Below, one piece after another: positions 62,299-64,000 of a stretch of 64,000 nt of DNA. The notes under the pieces were generated by a model that saw only the letters and a list, made by a program, of their open reading frames with translations, had not been told where the DNA came from and did no database searches. Location of the stretch: the NCBI RefSeq assembly GCF_058153355.1, contig NZ_CM177019.1; one strand, given 5' to 3'. The position numbers were made by a program, and so were the translations under genes. Every line of letters begins with the position of its first letter. Within the stretch, counting starts at the first letter, position 1.

Positions 62299-64000
62299 TT
62301 ACAACACCTCGCGAACCGAGATCCCCAGCCGCTGCATTCGTGATAGCAGCGTGGTGCGCTTCATCCCTAATCGCGTCGCCGCGCCACGGGGCCCGGCAAC
62401 AATGCCATTGGTTTCTCGCAATACCTGAACAATGCGCTGACGTTCTTCTTCGTCATTCTCTGGCGTCGTCGGGTGCAGTAACTGCGCCATTGAACTGCGA
62501 AGCGCCGAATTTTCATTTAACGTCGGCAGTAAACGGCTTTGTCGGACATTAAGATGTAAATTCAGACTGTTACCGCGAGTCAGCAGTACCGCTCGCTCAA
62601 TCACGTTTTCCAGCTCGCGCACGTTGCCCGGCCAGTCCCACGACATCAACTGGCGTAGCGCTTCTGTTGGAATGGCATCAATTGTGCGATTCATATGGCG
62701 AGCCATTTTTTGTGTAAAATGTTTTGCTAAAAGAGGGATATCTTCCGGACGGTCGCGTAGCGGCGGCAATTCCAGTGGAAAGACATTCAGGCGATAAAAG
62801 AGATCGCTGCGAAACTGGCGATCTTCTACCATTTGCCACAAATCACGGTTGGTGGCGGCAATGACTCTGACATTCACCGGGATCGTTCTACTCCCACCGA
62901 GACGCTCAATTTCCCGCTCCTGTAATACGCGTAGCAGTTTGGGCTGAAGTTCTAACGGTAGATCGCCAATTTCATCGAGAAATAACGTGCCGCCATCGGC
63001 AATTTCAAAACGACCACGATGAGTGTTAATCGCGCCAGTAAATGCCCCTTTGTCGTGACCGAATAACTCACTTTCCAGAAGACTGGCGGGGATAGCGGCG
63101 CAGTTGATTTTGACCAGCGGCTTGTCGCGTCGCGGGCTCAGTTGATGGATCGCCCTGGCGATCACCTCTTTGCCGGTTCCGGTTTCACCACAAATCAACA
63201 CCGTACTGTCGCTCTTCGCCACAATATCTACCTGCTGGAGTAAATCTTCCATTGCCTGGCTTTGGTAGATAATGTCACCGACGCCCAGATTCGAAAGGAG
63301 CTGCTCGCTAAGCTGGTGATTTTCTTGCTGTAAGCTTTCCTGCAAATCGGTCATGCTACGCCAGGCATCGGCATTGCCAACGGCAATAGCGATGCGATCG
63401 GCAATATGTTGTAGTAGCTGGCAGTTTTCCTCACTAAAGAGAGTGGGAGAGGTATGCGCCAGCAACAATGCACCCGGTGTATGGTTGCCAAAGGTGAGCG
63501 GTATAAGGAGCGCAGATTCGCAGCCGTTAGATGCAAGTAAGTGTAATAACGGGTCGCGTTGCCAGAGAAACAGATCGTCTGCACGGTGCGTCAAGGTCGG
63601 TTGTCGGGTTTGTAGCGTTTGTGTCAGCAATACACTTTCGCCAGGCATACAGCGTGGCAGACACGCACAATGTGAGGCAGAAAGATCGCTGCACCACAGG
63701 CTGAACTTCTCGTTCTTTCGATGATCGCCCAGTACCATACTGACTGAAGCCAGACCGAAAAAATGATGGATCTCACGAGCGACGTCAGCGATCAGATCGT
63801 CGAGATCAAGATGTGACAACACTGCATTGGTGATATCCACCAGTACCCGATGATGATCGCGATCTTTCTCCAGCAAACGCAGCGCCACCTGCTGTTCTTC
63901 ATCATTGAGCCATGATTGCAGAACCGGAGTGATTATGTGTGCCAGCCAGTTAAACAGTGTGCAATCCTGGGGAGTAAAACGACTGCCGTGGGTGCGAATA
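62299..64000 (-). CDS. hyfR: sigma-54-dependent transcriptional activator HyfR; 5' end beyond the window
   Basis: Reading frame is open to the window end (manual translation beyond the track start at 63888 shows no stop); sigma-54 AAA+ motifs (GETGTGKE, GAFTGA) and C-terminal HTH. Confidence 0.85.
   Translation of the reverse strand, partial: IRTHGSRFTPQDCTLFNWLAHIITPVLQSWLNDEEQQVALRLLEKDRDHHRVLVDITNAVLSHLDLDDLIADVAREIHHFFGLASVSMVLGDHRKNEKFSLWCSDLSASHCACLPRCMPGESVLLTQTLQTRQPTLTHRADDLFLWQRDPLLHLLASNGCESALLIPLTFGNHTPGALLLAHTSPTLFSEENCQLLQHIADRIAIAVGNADAWRSMTDLQESLQQENHQLSEQLLSNLGVGDIIYQSQAMEDLLQQVDIVAKSDSTVLICGETGTGKEVIARAIHQLSPRRDKPLVKINCAAIPASLLESELFGHDKGAFTGAINTHRGRFEIADGGTLFLDEIGDLPLELQPKLLRVLQEREIERLGGSRTIPVNVRVIAATNRDLWQMVEDRQFRSDLFYRLNVFPLELPPLRDRPEDIPLLAKHFTQKMARHMNRTIDAIPTEALRQLMSWDWPGNVRELENVIERAVLLTRGNSLNLHLNVRQSRLLPTLNENSALRSSMAQLLHPTTPENDEEERQRIVQVLRETNGIVAGPRGAATRLGMKRTTLLSRMQRLGISVREVL

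Overview
This window is an Escherichia coli / Shigella-type chromosomal segment, collinear (in inverted orientation) with the K-12 hyfR–suhB region at about 56–57 min. Gene order: yfhR (partial), suhB, trmJ, iscR-iscSUA-hscBA-fdx-iscX, pepB, sseB, sseA, yfhM, pbpC, ndk, rlmN, rodZ, ispG, hisS, yfgM, bamB, der, yfgJ, then an ~11.7 kb accessory insert, then xseA, guaBA, yfgI-yfgH-yfgG, pdeF, ppx, ppk, purNM, upp, uraA, hda, yfgD, bepA, perM, focB, hyfR (partial). Gene names come from reading the translated ORFs against remembered protein families; no database search was run. The main finding is the insert between yfgJ and xseA (28959..40634). It carries three same-strand genes: an intimin/invasin-family inverse autotransporter (SinH-like, 730 aa), a 332-aa signal-peptide protein whose C-terminus is paralogous to the SinH C-terminus (SinI-like), and a 2696-aa protein built from nine tandem ~280-aa modules (RatA-like). 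The insert has no integrase, IS element, tRNA or direct repeats at its borders. Two core genes appear inactivated: sseA has an in-frame TGA with the active-site coding sequence still intact downstream, and pbpC is split by a frameshift just upstream of the transpeptidase SxxK motif while its partner yfhM is intact. Smaller observations: ERIC-like elements in the iscR–iscS and iscX–pepB spacers, REP/BIME clusters, a structured sseB–sseA spacer (probable ryfA-type sRNA locus) with a 41-codon hydrophobic mini-ORF and an exact 17-nt repeat, a perfect FNR box upstream of pdeF, a PurR operator upstream of purMN, and a consensus DnaA box inside guaB. No CRISPR array, rRNA, tRNA, transposase or prophage gene was seen.
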